A DNA stretch of 63,997 nucleotides, the filler included, from Diploschistes diacapsis (taxonomy: Eukaryota): assembly GCA_023645945.1 (NCBI GenBank). It is 7 parts of 7 records of this genome, joined end to end, with 100 filler letters (N's around TTAATTAATTAA, not from the genome) between each part and the next. Parts side by side here need not be neighbours in the genome. Positions count along the whole stretch, not along the records: positions 36,734 to 45,808 come from JALAIB010001076.1; positions 45,909 to 54,967 come from JALAIB010001077.1; 5 more parts are not named here. One strand, 5' to 3'. This document shows, piece after piece, positions 37,086 through 49,740 of this stretch. Every line of letters begins with the position of its first letter. Within the stretch, counting starts at the first letter, position 1. The position numbers were made by a program, and so were the translations under genes. Under the pieces are notes generated by a model. The model was not told the origin of the DNA. It did not search any database and saw only the letters and a list, made by a program, of their open reading frames with translations.

Positions 37086-38277
37086 GGTAGATGTGGTGTC
37101 TGTTGGAGCGGAAGTGGCCTCTTCTCCCTTCCTTTTTGAAAGGAGGGGCGAACAGATGGCGTGCTTCCCCACTATTACTACTGTTGCTGCAGTTTGAGAA
37201 CTGAAGGTTGGTGTTTTGCCGCAGAGAATATCGGCAGGGCTTAGGCAAAATGAAGAAGAGAATTGACAGGCCGGACGTCGATATATTCCTGATTCTGCAG
37301 TAGCCGCTGATCTATATTTTTATCACCGCCCTCCTAGGGCTGGAAAAAGGCCACTGTAAAGTCGAGCCTTTGATATCGGTAGAGTTTGGTACTTTTTAGC
37401 GGATGCAGTAGGTAGAGAGGCTGTTTCTATGCGGCAAGAAGAAATGTACCGGAAAGAGTCATACTACTTTACCGGTTTAGGTATGGAATCAGACGGCGGA
37501 CCAAGGGGTCGCCCTCGCCCACTCAGCCTTTATTCACCTAGAAATATACCGTACCTGCCAAGCCGTGTAGCTCACAAAATAGTCCCCATAACAATTTTGT
37601 CTGCATCTTATGTCCACGATACTTTACGCAAATGGAAATACAAAAACTTAGCGTGTACGCAAATTAACCGTCAGTCAGCCCTACGAAGTTTGTATTTAGT
37701 GCTGCTTCACCCCTTCAACCCGTCGGCCACGTTCTATGCTATAGGGCTCCTTGTCGCAAACCTTAACTAGAGCACTGCACTGCACTGCACTGCACAGTTT
37801 ATGAAAGTTACCACCGCCATTAGCACCAGCTAAAATTGTCACGGAAGATACTTCTGACTGGGGCATTTCAAAAGCCCTTGAATATATATTCCTGCCCAAA
37901 TTTGGAGGTCTCGTTGGATTTGCTAAAAAAAAAAAAAGCTAACTGGCCTTCATCGCCAGAGAGCGCTTTCGTTGGATCCATGTGTTGCCAGGCAGCTCTT
38001 CCCCAGATTCCGGCAATAAACCATTGGTCTTTAACTGTTCTGGTATGCAAGATTATCGACATCAAAAGATGGCGTCATAAAATGGCACTGGAATGGGCTG
38101 TGCATGGCTTAGAGGATGCTGAGGGGAAACATGCAATTTGCTGTCTGCCTAATGCTACACCCTGAGTCCCTTCTATTTTAGTCAAATCTACTCTATGCAT
38201 TCTCTAATACTTACCCAATTCCTCGCCGTTTTTGAGACTTTCGATTCCCCAAAGATGATCTTTCTCCCGCCGATGAC

Positions 38278-39541
38278 CTACTCCCCCGCCAACGACGACT
38301 TGCTATTCCCCACCAATGATGCCGTTGTGAATGACGTGGCCGGCGTTGATAGCTCAGGTGGATCAATAACAGGGGCGGCGCGTTTCTTTGACCACGAGTC
38401 GGTCTTGTGGTAAAGTTTCCCAAGACACCTCGTGAGTGTTTGAAGTCGCATCTGAAGGCCGTAGTCGTTGATATTCTTGACCATATTGCGGCATTTTTGG
38501 ATATCCTTTGGATCTATGATTGTGCAAGACTGCACATAGGACATAACATACTTCTCAATCTCCTTGTCATAATAGTGAACATAGAACACCACATGCCTGT
38601 GGTTAGCAGTGACACTTGAGCTCAAGAGTGAAGAAGGGCAGGCAGTTACCAGTCGCCGGGCGCGTGTAGTCCAGTGCATGGGGATGGTAGATAAACGCCG
38701 GCTTCTTTGGCCGACCGAGGGCCTCGAGCACCGACGGAATATCCCACACTGAAATCTGGTGTCGGCGCAGAAAGATAAAGTCCAAATTCTGGGTTGTATG
38801 GTAGTGCCGTTGTAGGGAATTTGCTGTTGCTTCCTAGACTAAGCTCCGGTCGACGAACGGGGAATAAAGGCGTGTCGATTAAGCTTGACACGACAGTCTC
38901 GGTAGAGTTTGCCCATTCGGCCATGCTTCGAGCCACATTATTCAACTCATTCTGCTCCATTTGGGGCGATGATGTTCGTTCCTTCTCTTGAATGTCATTC
39001 TTTTACAAATGCTCTGATGTCATCCGACATGTCCAGTCCAGTCGGGTCCATGTGAATGTGAATGTAATTGTAATGTAGAGCGTCTCTGTATGTAGCGCTG
39101 GAAGTTTTGACGCTAGGGGTGCGGCTGTTCCTTGTTGGCGGTTTGTCCTGCGTGTTCCGCGAGCTCTGCGAGATACTATCGTCTCCTCGCTGGCTGTTAT
39201 CGACTTACAGAACAGCGACGGTCTCCCATTCCTTCGAATGGGATGGGAAACTTCGGCTCTCCAAGAAGTTGTTTGAGGGTCAAGGATAACTGGTTGTTGA
39301 ACTTTGCCGGCACACTTTGTGGTCGCTCACCGGGGGCCTGGAGGATCGTGCCGCTATCGAAGTCTGCCAGCACACTTTGCGAGCGGGTCAGTGCAGGAGG
39401 AATGCTGCCTATCCAGTCGAGGACTGGCGGCTGCAACCGACCCCGCTTCAAAACAGGTTCGATTTCGGGGTCAAGAGCTTCCAGTTTTCGTTTGGCGCAG
39501 GGCCTCACGGGCGTGGGAGATTGTACATTGGGAATGTTCAT
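38278..39541 (-). pseudogene. Disrupted member of a fungal-specific family with P.PD..GY / PFF..ELK motifs (DUF7924-like, putative restriction-endonuclease-like fold)
   Basis: Fragments in several frames: DWIGSIPP, TYRDALHYNYIHIH, LSAPTPDFSVGY, GNCLPFFTLELK, then VVFYVHYY...CRNMVKNINDYGLQMRL. Stops/frameshifts near 39197, ~38970 and ~38740. Confidence 0.6.
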
Positions 39542-40820
39542 GGCGACTTAAGGCGGTAGGGAGGGGCCAAGTCAATGCTTAAGTGGAACGGAAGTAGAGG
39601 AGAAGAAGGATTTGGGAATCTCCTTGATTGGATCACGGTGCTGAACTCACTGAGGTGACACAAGCTCCGAGAAGGCGCGTAAAGAGGGCTTGTCGCTTAG
39701 CGCGTTTCGAAGACGCTAATTGAATTAGGAGGTAGTAGAGGTCAAGAGGTAAGAGGCGGGCAGCACTTATTGAGGCTGGATGAAAGTTGCGAGGGTTTAT
39801 GCCATAAGCTTCGCCTCGTGATAATTACCTCTGTTATAACCCTACTAGATGATTTGAAACAATTCGTGATTATTTGCGCAGTCCAGACCAACTTCCCGGT
39901 CTGGTGGTCATACCCCAAGTCAAAGGTCGCCTACAAGCATGGCATCCTCCAGAAAGCGCGCCACATGAGCACAATCAAGCACAAGCCATCCACACGGTTG
40001 AATTTCCAGTCATCAATTGCACACACCGCACACAAGCGAAACTATGTACCCCTAGGTATCCGAACAAAAGCCCCCCCGTAGGCATCCCACATCACAACAA
40101 CACCACATCCCCTACACACTGCCAGCCATCTCATCTGTATCCCGTGCCCATGCCCAAGTACACGCATCAAGCACCCGCAGCAGCAGCAGCAGCAGCGCAG
40201 AGAAGTTGGTACAGAAACACAGCCCGTCGCAAAACAGAAATAGCCAGCCCATCCCGGCGCCAGCTCTCGGAGAGCAAGGCACGCAGTGTGAAAAGCACCC
40301 AAAGGCCAGTCAGTATACAGAGTCAGTCGTAAACACATCCACCAAAGAACGAAGCCTGGCGAGTAAATCCCTGCCAGCCTCGTTCGTCCTTCCTTTTACA
40401 CAGTCACAGTCATGGCCCCGTAGCGCCCTGCTATTCACAAACCGCGCACGGACGCCTCACAGCGGCCAGCTGGAGGACCAGCATACGATTCCATCCCAAC
40501 CTATAACGCCCCGTCCGTGACTGTCATATGAGTGATGTTATGGGGACAACCAGAATCCCGAGCCAGCCACATAGCCATGAGGAGCCAAAGCCTGATCGCC
40601 GTCGGAACCGTAGACACCGCCACCGATTTGCCAGTCATCTAATTTTTTGTTTGCCCTATTTACCGTCGCGTCTTGGAGAAGGGTATCTAAAGAAATCTGC
40701 AAGCGTTGAAAGAGGATCGATCCGAGTAAGAATGAGCAATCTCGTATATGTGCATTACAAGTAGTATTGGAAGCATATAGTGGCCATCATCGAAATCCAT
40801 CATGTTCAGAAGTCAACGAG

Positions 40821-43800
40821 TCAAGTCTCTGTGGCCTTCGGCGTCGCGATGGAGGCCGCAGTGATGGCGATATTGTCCGCAACCTCGACATGCGACGTGG
40901 AAGATTTCCCCGGAGCTTCTCCGTTTCTCCCGTTGATAGGCTCGTCGACCGCGCTCTGGGAGGTGCTCGGTTGCGAACTGCTCTGCGGTGACTGAGTATC
41001 CTCCGTCATCAAGGGAGGTGTAGGTGCAACCGAAATGTCGAGTTGGGGTGGACGGTGCCCCGCGCTAGACGAAGCCGAACAAGGTTGAGCCGTAGTAAGC
41101 GTGGAAGGAGGGCCAGAGGTTATGAGACGCTCGATCTGGCCGATCTGCTTGCCGTAAGAGAACTGCTTCAGTCGAAGAAGCTGCGGCTTCAGGATCCCGA
41201 CAAAGTTTTCGTACTCGGCGGGCGAGGCTACGCTGGAGTTCTGGAGTTGCTTGATCAATTTTTCTAATTCGGATTAGCAAACATACTTCACCGCCGTTCC
41301 TTTCCCAGAGAACACTTACGGATGATGTAGTTTCCGTACTGGTCTCGCATCAAGCGTTGCATGGTCGACTCCCCCCGTTCATCGACGAAGCCAATAACAT
41401 TGATGATGCCCTGGCGCTGCTCGACCGTGGCGAACTGGATGCTCTTCTCCACAACATTGCTGGCAAACTTCTGTGTAGCAAAGCCGACCAAGTTCCCGGT
41501 GATGATCGAAATGATCTTGTTGCGGTCGCTCTCCCTACCGTGCTCGATGATGTGCTGGGTGACATAGTTACCGTACTGGTCGACAATCAGGTTGGCAGCG
41601 CAGACATGAAGCTCGTCAAGGATGTTCGTCTTGGCAGGCTCGTGACAGTTTTCCAACATGCGCTGGATGACCCGACAGCCGTATGGATGCGTCGCCAAAT
41701 GGTGTACTTGGTTGGTAAAGGCGTTGATGATGAACGAAATGTGCTGAGCAGGGATCCTCTGGATAGCCTTCTGAATCACATGATTACCGTTCTGGTCCTT
41801 GACGCATTTCAGAACCTGGTTCTCGAGCTCCTTGACCAGGCTGGCTTGCTGATCGACCAGGACGTGCTCGAAGGCCTGACGAACTTAGTCTCAGCGTTGT
41901 GGATGGGAACGACCTGCTTACCTTTTGAACGACCCTGCATCCGTACATCTGCAAAGAAAAGTCCGAGATGTGGCCCTTCATCTTGTCCGCCAGCTGCTTC
42001 TTTTGCTGTTGATTGCCATGCTCAAAAATTTTCTGTATGACATAGTTGCCAAAAACATCCGTCATCAGTTGCAGCGCATTCGATAGGATCTCGGTGAAAA
42101 GCTGGGCCTTCTCGTCACTGTTGGCCGTTTCGAGCTTCTGCTGAATGAAGCGGGACCCGTGCTGATCCCCGCTGAACTCCACAATGTGGTTATAGATATC
42201 CTAAACCATTCATTAGCGAAGCCCAACCAATAATGAAAATTCGTTTTACTGACTTTCAGTTCCCATCGCTTAGTGCCTTTACTTTGGCGGAATTCTTCCA
42301 GCAACGGACTTCGCAGGCTCTCGCCGCCCCCAGACATTTCGCTTGCGGGTCCCCGTGGGGGCATCCGCTGGCTCGCCACGCTCCCAGCGTATCCTCCCAT
42401 ACTTGCATTCTGGTAGTATTGCTGCGTCTGTGGATTGGCCCTCGAGAAGCTCTGTGCACTCGATTGATTGAAGTCGTAAGGGCTCGTATAAGTGCTCTTG
42501 TAGGACAGTGCCGGGCTGGGATGATAGTTCTGTTGCTGCTCAGCTAGTCCACGGAGCTTGCGATCCAGCAGAGTTTGGCTGTACGCGTTCAAATTAACGC
42601 GAGAGCTGTTCGTCGATAGAGCTCTTGCATGGTCTGGGATTGGGGGCGTGTTGTTGAAATACATAGGACTGTCGTTGTTCCTCCTGATATCGCTGCCTGT
42701 GGGTGAGTACGACTGTCGATCGATGAACTGATTTCGTTGCTGCCCGTAGTGGGATAATCCATTTGACATCAGGCCGGACGCCGTGTCAATGGAGATTGAG
42801 TTGTGGCGTCCGTTGAGAAAGTTCGCAGCGGGTACGCTGTTGATGCTGCCCGGTGAGGAAATCTGGTTCGACTGGTCCCAGTGCGATGGATACGTATTGT
42901 CTGTGACATCGCGGCCCAAATCCAACTTGCCGGTCACAGCCGACAGGTCGCCCATCGTCGTTTGCCAAGCTTGGTTTGACAGCTTGCTGCCCACGGCGTT
43001 CCCGTTCACCGAGAATGTTGAGGTTCGCGAATGTTGGGTTTGACGATGCGAGTATGGGTCGGCGCTGGTCGAAAACATTGCACTGTTGGGTGCGTCGCCG
43101 TATTGGATGCTCGGGTCATTTCCATTCCTAGACGGAGGCACGCTTCCGCTTCTGGATGCCACACTGCTGTTATATCCGGAATATGCGGCAGCGGCGGTAT
43201 CGGTACCTGCCAAGCTTCCAAAGTGAATAGCGCTCAGATTCCGCGAACCAGTGTCATTGCTTTCCGACTGGGGAGACAAAGTCTGTGGGAAACCGCCAAA
43301 AAATCCGGAAGCGTTGAAAGAGCGCGAGGTGGGATCGAGCACGCTGCCCGTGGCCGACTTCGTTGGGGCGTTGCTTCCTATCGCGGACGGCTGCGATGGG
43401 AAATATGGAGAATTACTTCGAGTATGCTGATTTGTACGTTGCCTTACAGGCGACGAGTTCGTATGGTTGCTGCGTGCGCTCGTCAAAGCAATCCCAAGCG
43501 TTGTAGAAGCACTGTTCATCGGTGGCCATCGACTTCCCCAACCTTCAGATTCGGATGAACGCAGCAGTGAGCCTGAACCGGTTTTCTCGCTCGGCGTTTC
43601 GCCCATGTGTTCCGCATTCTCTTCCCCAGATACAGCACCGAAGCCAGGCCTAAACAGAGGCGCTGGCTTGCTATTCGTGCGGTTCGTCTCGGATGCGGAT
43701 TTCATGCCGCTGCCGATTGGCGGCGCCCAGATACCGTTGCCCCAGTTTGTCCCGTAGGTGGCTCTCGGATTCCTCGACTGCATGTTGTAGTTCTGAGCTT

Positions 43801-43927
43801 GTTCTGGCATGCCCAAGACTGGACCCGTGTTCAAATCACCGAGTCTGGCTCTGGCCTAAAGTAGCACAACTCGGATTAGTAGGTGACGCTCATCACAAGC
43901 AAAGCGGTGACTCACGGTCGAGGACAT
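40821..43927 (-). CDS. PUF3: Pumilio-family mRNA-binding protein Puf3
   Basis: Micro-exon MSST (ATG 43927), long low-complexity N-terminus, [13 protein letters not shown] repeats [96 protein letters not shown]; several short introns. Confidence 0.92.
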
Positions 43928-45808
43928 TACTGATGGAAAAAGTCAGAGATTATCGCCAGTGGAATCGATGGTAGAATTTGTGTGGTGGCAAAATTCAGAG
44001 TACCGTGCACCTGTGGCTGCGTGCCGGGGTCCTAGCTTTCCTGTACCAAAGCTGAAGCAGGTATGCGCGAGAAAGCCGCAACTGAAGGCACACGACGGAG
44101 TCAGCATGTTAAGTCCCAAACATTGGAGCAGCTGATGGGCGCCTACCTGGAAGAAAAGATCAGAATCAAGGAGCTACAGAAGACCGTCAAGACCTTGCCT
44201 TCCCATATACAAGGCGATGGATTGATCGAGGAAAGGGAGAAACGGCGTGCAGAATATTAGTAGGCTCCCTTGATAGGCAAGGTAAAAGAGCTTTTCGCGC
44301 AACGAGCCCCCTTCGTTTGCCCAGCGAAATGGGGTTGTGTAATCTTCCAGCAGGCACCCGTCCAGTTATCGGGTGCAGATGGAAAAGGTGATGGCGGACT
44401 CCCCCGCAGTCGTAGCCTTCCAGCAGAACACAACGCCGCTTTGCCTCATATGCGATGGCAGAGAGAAAAGGCAAAAGGGGCAGGAAGCGCGTTTGCGTTT
44501 GAGTTGAAGGTTGGGGGAAAGGTTCGAGATATTGGGTGTGTGGGATGAAGCACGCAAGGGAGGTAGAATTGCGGCGTTCGTGTGTGGAATGTGGTATTAT
44601 ATATCCTAGGAGGGGAGTGTGTGAAACTCTGGAAGTGTTACCAGAGAACTGTAAGTAGTCAATAGCTGCCGACAACGATAGCGATAGGATAGCGAGCGAT
44701 TCGAAATTGAAATTGAAGTATACGGGGTGGTGCTAGGGACAGTGCCAGTGCCAATGCCAGTGGGGAGTGGGAGTGGAAGTTTACTACTTACTACCTACCC
44801 TCAAGGCTACAAGTAAAGGGACATACATGTTTAGTTCAGCAGATTACTTATCTGGCTTTTGGGGTTTTTATCCAAGTCAAAACAACAATTGCAGAGCGCT
44901 TGACTCAGCCTTCTGACTCTGCCCATTTTTACTGACTGTATATAGTTCTCTGCTGAAAATGGCGTAGTGGTCCCTCAGCCCATCAATTTTTCAAGCGCCC
45001 CAGTCCCAAGTGATGATGAATGAACCTTGTGAGTGGGAATACTTTCCATAGATAGATAGGATAGATAGATGGCCCTTATTATGCTGGGTGGGTAAGGGAT
45101 ATGTCACTTGTCAAACCTGCTCCAGTTTCCAGGTTTCCCACCAGCAAAACCCTGGTAGTATCATCTTTGGTGACACTTAAAGCAGCTCCACTCCTCCCTA
45201 CTACCTACTGCCTACCCAAGTTATATGAACCACTTACTCTTTCTTTCCAGAGCTCGCTTGAGGGGCAACACCATAGGTGGCGTAGTACAGTACGGAGCAT
45301 GCAAGCTGGATGACTTCTCAACTTCCCCATACACCATTATTTTCCTTCTGCGGTTGTATCTGGGGGCCCAAGCTCCCAGTAGTAGCTTGATACAGGCTCG
45401 AAAACAATCGAGCCTAGTATCATAAAGCGTTAAACTAAGGGACGCCTTTTTCCATGCGCACCAAAGGCTAGTGGCGCTCTACCTGGAGAGCATTTAAGCT
45501 TCTTCTCTCCTTGATTGAGAAGGTTGTTATCATTGCATGCCAAATACCTCGCATGCATACGTGTTCCTTGTCCCGTGGGTTAAGCATAACCCAGATAACT
45601 AAAAGATTTATATGGTTAAGAAACTCAAGTAAATAATGGTGACAGCCACTCCTCAACTAGGCCTTACAAAGAAAAACCCCATCATCCACGCGTACAGAAT
45701 GAGCGAATTAAGTTAGTCGGCCCACTCCACCAGATCATGGCAAGAACCTAGTAGAACTCCAAGACATGCAAGACACATACAACTAGCCTCCTCCTCCACA
45801 CATTTTGC

Positions 45809-45908
45809 NNNNNNNNNNNNNNNNNNNNNNNNNNNNNNNNNNNNNNNNNNNNTTAATTAATTAANNNNNNNNNNNNNNNNNNNNNNNNNNNNNNNNNNNN
45901 NNNNNNNN
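45809..45908. other. Artificial contig spacer
   Basis: 44 N + TTAATTAATTAA + 44 N. Confidence 0.98.
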
Positions 45909-46400
45909 AACATGCTAGAAGCTTAGTAAGCAATCTGACTAACCTATTTAGGTTAGTATTCTGACATTCCGTTATTACGTACGAAATTAATATATTTATA
46001 GGGCAATAATGTCTTGGGTTCCCCCAGGCGGCGGCGGCGGTGTATTAAAAAAAATGAGGAAAAAGGGTCCGTACGACTGGCTCGTCGTCGGAAAAATAAT
46101 AGTTAACGGGCTTCGTTCATAACGTGACGTAACGTGCGGTTCTTGTTCTACCCGATGTATTTATATTTTTTAAATTATAAAGTATATAATGCGAAAGCGA
46201 TTCGGCCTTCTTGAATATTTATAATAAGAAAATGTTATCGTACGAAAGATAAAAATGTTAAGAAATATATTTTACGAAAGTGCAGGGATTGTGTTCCGTT
46301 TGGTATTTGTGTTCCGTTGCGTGATGAAACATGTTAGAATACCTATAAAATTAGTAAGTATCCGCATTAGTAATCTGCCAAGGGAAATCGATCAATCAAA
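45909..46400. repeat. Short AT-rich, RIP-like relic at contig start
   Basis: TpA-rich, CpG-retaining composition like 27559-36633; no identifiable domain. Confidence 0.4.
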
Positions 46401-47047
46401 GTATTTGAATTTGGCCCTCATATCCCCATATCCACAAAGCAAGTGAACTCAACCCATTAGATATTAGATACACGTGCTACCTACGAGAGCTATATAAGAG
46501 CAGTTTGACCCAGGTGGGCATATCAGTAGCAGCTTCAAGCACCCTGTACTGGTTTCAATATCCCGTATACTATTCCGCTTTTGCGCAAGCAAGAATGGGG
46601 AAGCTACTAGTAGTAGTATCCTTGGTCGAGCAGGCTTAGAAGTTTAGATAGAACACGGCTGGAGGTAGTTAAGCTTTGCAAGCAAGCAATTAATAATTAA
46701 TCTTGAAAGTCTAATCGAGATTGTGTGACTGTGTGATGTGTGATGGGGAACAAGCCTAGGGGTGATAATAGTCCTAGTCCCACAAGAGGAGAAGCGCTGA
46801 GGAGGCTAGTAATTCAATTCCCAAACAGAGCCTCTCGACTTTCTCAAACAAGTCTCGGAATTAGAATTATCTAGCAATCTATCTCTCAAGCCAAAGTTTG
46901 ATCAGATCATCTTTTTCTTCCGAAATCAAGCCCAAGGTCCAAAAGGAACACAAGATGGGTTGCAGTGACATGAACCACCACACTTCCCCGCCAAGGATCT
47001 TCCCGGTCAGCGATTGATTGATAAATCCCCTTGCTTTTTCTGCGCCC

Positions 47048-49740
47048 ATGGCCTACAGCAACACTCCTTCGACGCCTGCACAACAATCCTCTGACGCTTT
47101 CTGGACCACAACAACGACAGCCACGACAGCCACGACAGCCACGACAGCGACAACAGAAACAACAGCGACAATAACAACAGCGGCGCGTTCAGCTCGCTAT
47201 CGCTATCGCTCTTCTAGCAACAGACCATCGACCTCCGATGGTTCTGCTGTGACTACCAAACCCCCTCCTTTAACACGACCAAAGTTCCACCGTCGTGTTA
47301 GTTCAGCGACAAGTCCCGCTCAACCACAAACCCCAGATTCTCGACCAAAATCTTCACCTACTGTCACTTCACTAATACGAATATTTTCACCAACACAGTC
47401 TTCTATATCTAATTCAATCCCGCCGCCCGCACAACCGTCGCAGCTGAGCAGTGATCTTCGATCGCCTTCAAGCAAACGCCCTCCAGCATCAAGAAGCAGC
47501 CATGGCATCGAGACTACCACGGGTCCCCCGCCCGCAATAAGCACACAGAGGGCATACTCATCCGATTGCACCTGGAGGTTGTCGAACAAGGAGAATTTCC
47601 CAGCCGTTTCTAAACTGACGCCCCTTGCGCTGGCCCAGCTTGACGCAGCAAACAGTCAAAAAATAATCAACCCAAATCCAGAAGCAGAAGAGCCTGAGCT
47701 TAGGCAGAGCATAGAAAGCACAGAGCAGCCGGAGGGCCAAGGCATGGTAGCAACTCTGGTACAACCTCAGTCCGAGCTCGCAATGGATAAAGAACGCAAG
47801 CGATACTCGATCGACACGGAAAAGAGAGCGCAGAGGTTGAGCGCTCACCCAAAGGACAACAATCTGGCTCTGCCAGAACATAGCTCAGACAAGTCGTCGC
47901 AAGAAGACTTGTTCCTGCACATGGCGCAGGGAAGGGAGGGGGACGATGATACGATCCAAGGTAATCGGAGGGTAAGTAAAGACGTGCTTTCACCTGTCGA
48001 ACTTGAATCAAACATTTACGCAGCCGTTTTTGACTAACAGGTATGACCGTACAGTCCCGTATTGCTCTAGCATCAAACCGTCTCTCGTTAAGTGGACAAA
48101 GCCCGGAACAGACAGCAGGCAGAGAAAGGAGGCAAAGCCTCGGAAAAGTCGGAGCCGTGAAAGATTATAGAACACCGCCCTCAATCGACCGGGTGTCAGC
48201 CCGCGAAAGGACATACGCTGCCACGGCACATCCTCTCGAGGGACGTTACACTTCGCGCTATACGTCAACACTCAACAAGCCTTTGCCTTCCATACGCGCA
48301 GGTGATACGAGGGACACGGTCGAATCTCCAAGCCTAGCCACCAAAAGATATTCGGTTCAAAGCTATCAGCCAAGGGGATACCGGCCGCCGCCACATCTTC
48401 GGAATAGCACCGACGGTAATTACCTATCCTCTCCCACCACCCAAATCAGGCGCGGCTCCATCGAGCCAGACGCATCCCCACCCGTGCCGACCCCCAACGG
48501 CGAGGGCGGGACAGAGTCTTCCGTATCGACCACTGCACCATCCACCGTGTGGGACGAGCTCGATGAACTAAAGTCTCGGATTCGTAAACTTGAGCTGACG
48601 GGTAGAATCCCTTCATCTTCAGGTGCAGCCATGTCCACGGCTGTTGAGAGACCGCGAACAGCAACGACTGCCGCTACAACGGTGTCTACATCTCCAAAAC
48701 GCAATCAAGCAAAGAGCACCCCACCCACAACTCCAATGCCCAGCGACCTTCTTCCGCACCCCATTCTGAACATGGCTCTCGAAAAGGTCAAGCCTTGTGT
48801 GACGGAAACGACATGGCTCGCCCTCGAGGCTACAGCGGGCGATGCCCAGATACTAGCAAAAATGGCTGCCGGTGGTTTTGCGGGATCGGGTCCAATTCCC
48901 ATCGATAGACAGCTCAAGCGCAAAGCCGACAGCTTGTGCCGAAATTTGACGGAGCTATGCTACACTCTCCAGGTGGCTCACAGACCGTCCGAATCCGAGC
49001 GGACGCCCTCTCGAGCCCAATCGCGAGCTCGCTCGGCGAGTAGGGATGCCAGCGCCGTGCGCCAACCCTTGGACCAGGACGACTCGGCGATCTCCCGCTT
49101 CCAGCGCGCCCGCAGCCTCGATCCCGAGCCCACAACCACCCAGCGCGTACTATCCCGGCTTGAAGCTCGTCGCACAAGCCTCTTCAACAGTGGTGCGGCC
49201 AGCGCGTCAGTCTCCCCTTCTATCGAGCACCATCCCGAAGCCAAAACGCCTACCCAAGCTACTCTCAACCGCACATCCACCGTCCTCCAGCGTCTCCGTG
49301 GGCGCGCAGACGACTACGGCGAGGTGGATAGTATCGTGCGGCCCCTGTCGCGCGCCACGCTCGAGCTCGGACGCGCCAACACCACAGGCCACACGGCGGC
49401 CTCGAAGAGAGTGTCGAGAGAGTACACGTCCAGGCATCCCCTGCCGAGCCCCGAGAGCCGCTCCGTGACCGCGCAGCAGGCTCTCTTACCGCAGCGCAGA
49501 TCGTACCTCTCGAACGGGAATGTAGACGCGCAGCAGGAGGCGAAGAGGGCTCCCACGACGCCAGGCACTGCGCTGGGACAAAGGAGGTACCTGAGCCAGG
49601 CGAGCGAAGGGGGCTCCTTGCTTGAGAGCAGGAGAAGGTTGGTGTCGAGCGGGCAGTATGGAGCTGCAAGGTCGTTGCTTGGGACGCGGACGGAGAGGAG
49701 AGAAAAAGAGGGGCAGGGGCAGGGGCAAGGGACGGAGTAG
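47048..49740 (+). CDS. Conserved Pezizomycotina Ser/Thr/Arg-rich hypothetical protein
   Basis: Family motifs KRPPASRSSHGIETTTGPPPAISTQR, EDLFL, TESSVSTTAPSTVWDELDELKSRIRKLELTG, DRQLKRKADSLCRNLTELC, SRLEARRTS. Phase-0 intron 47972-48054. Confidence 0.8.

Noticed and set aside
41357..42040. 227-aa plus-strand ORF
   Set aside because: Antisense to the Puf3 repeats.
47048..49740. Cell-wall-anchored (LPXTG) protein label often attached to this family
   Set aside because: No signal peptide or anchor; looks like a disordered intracellular protein.
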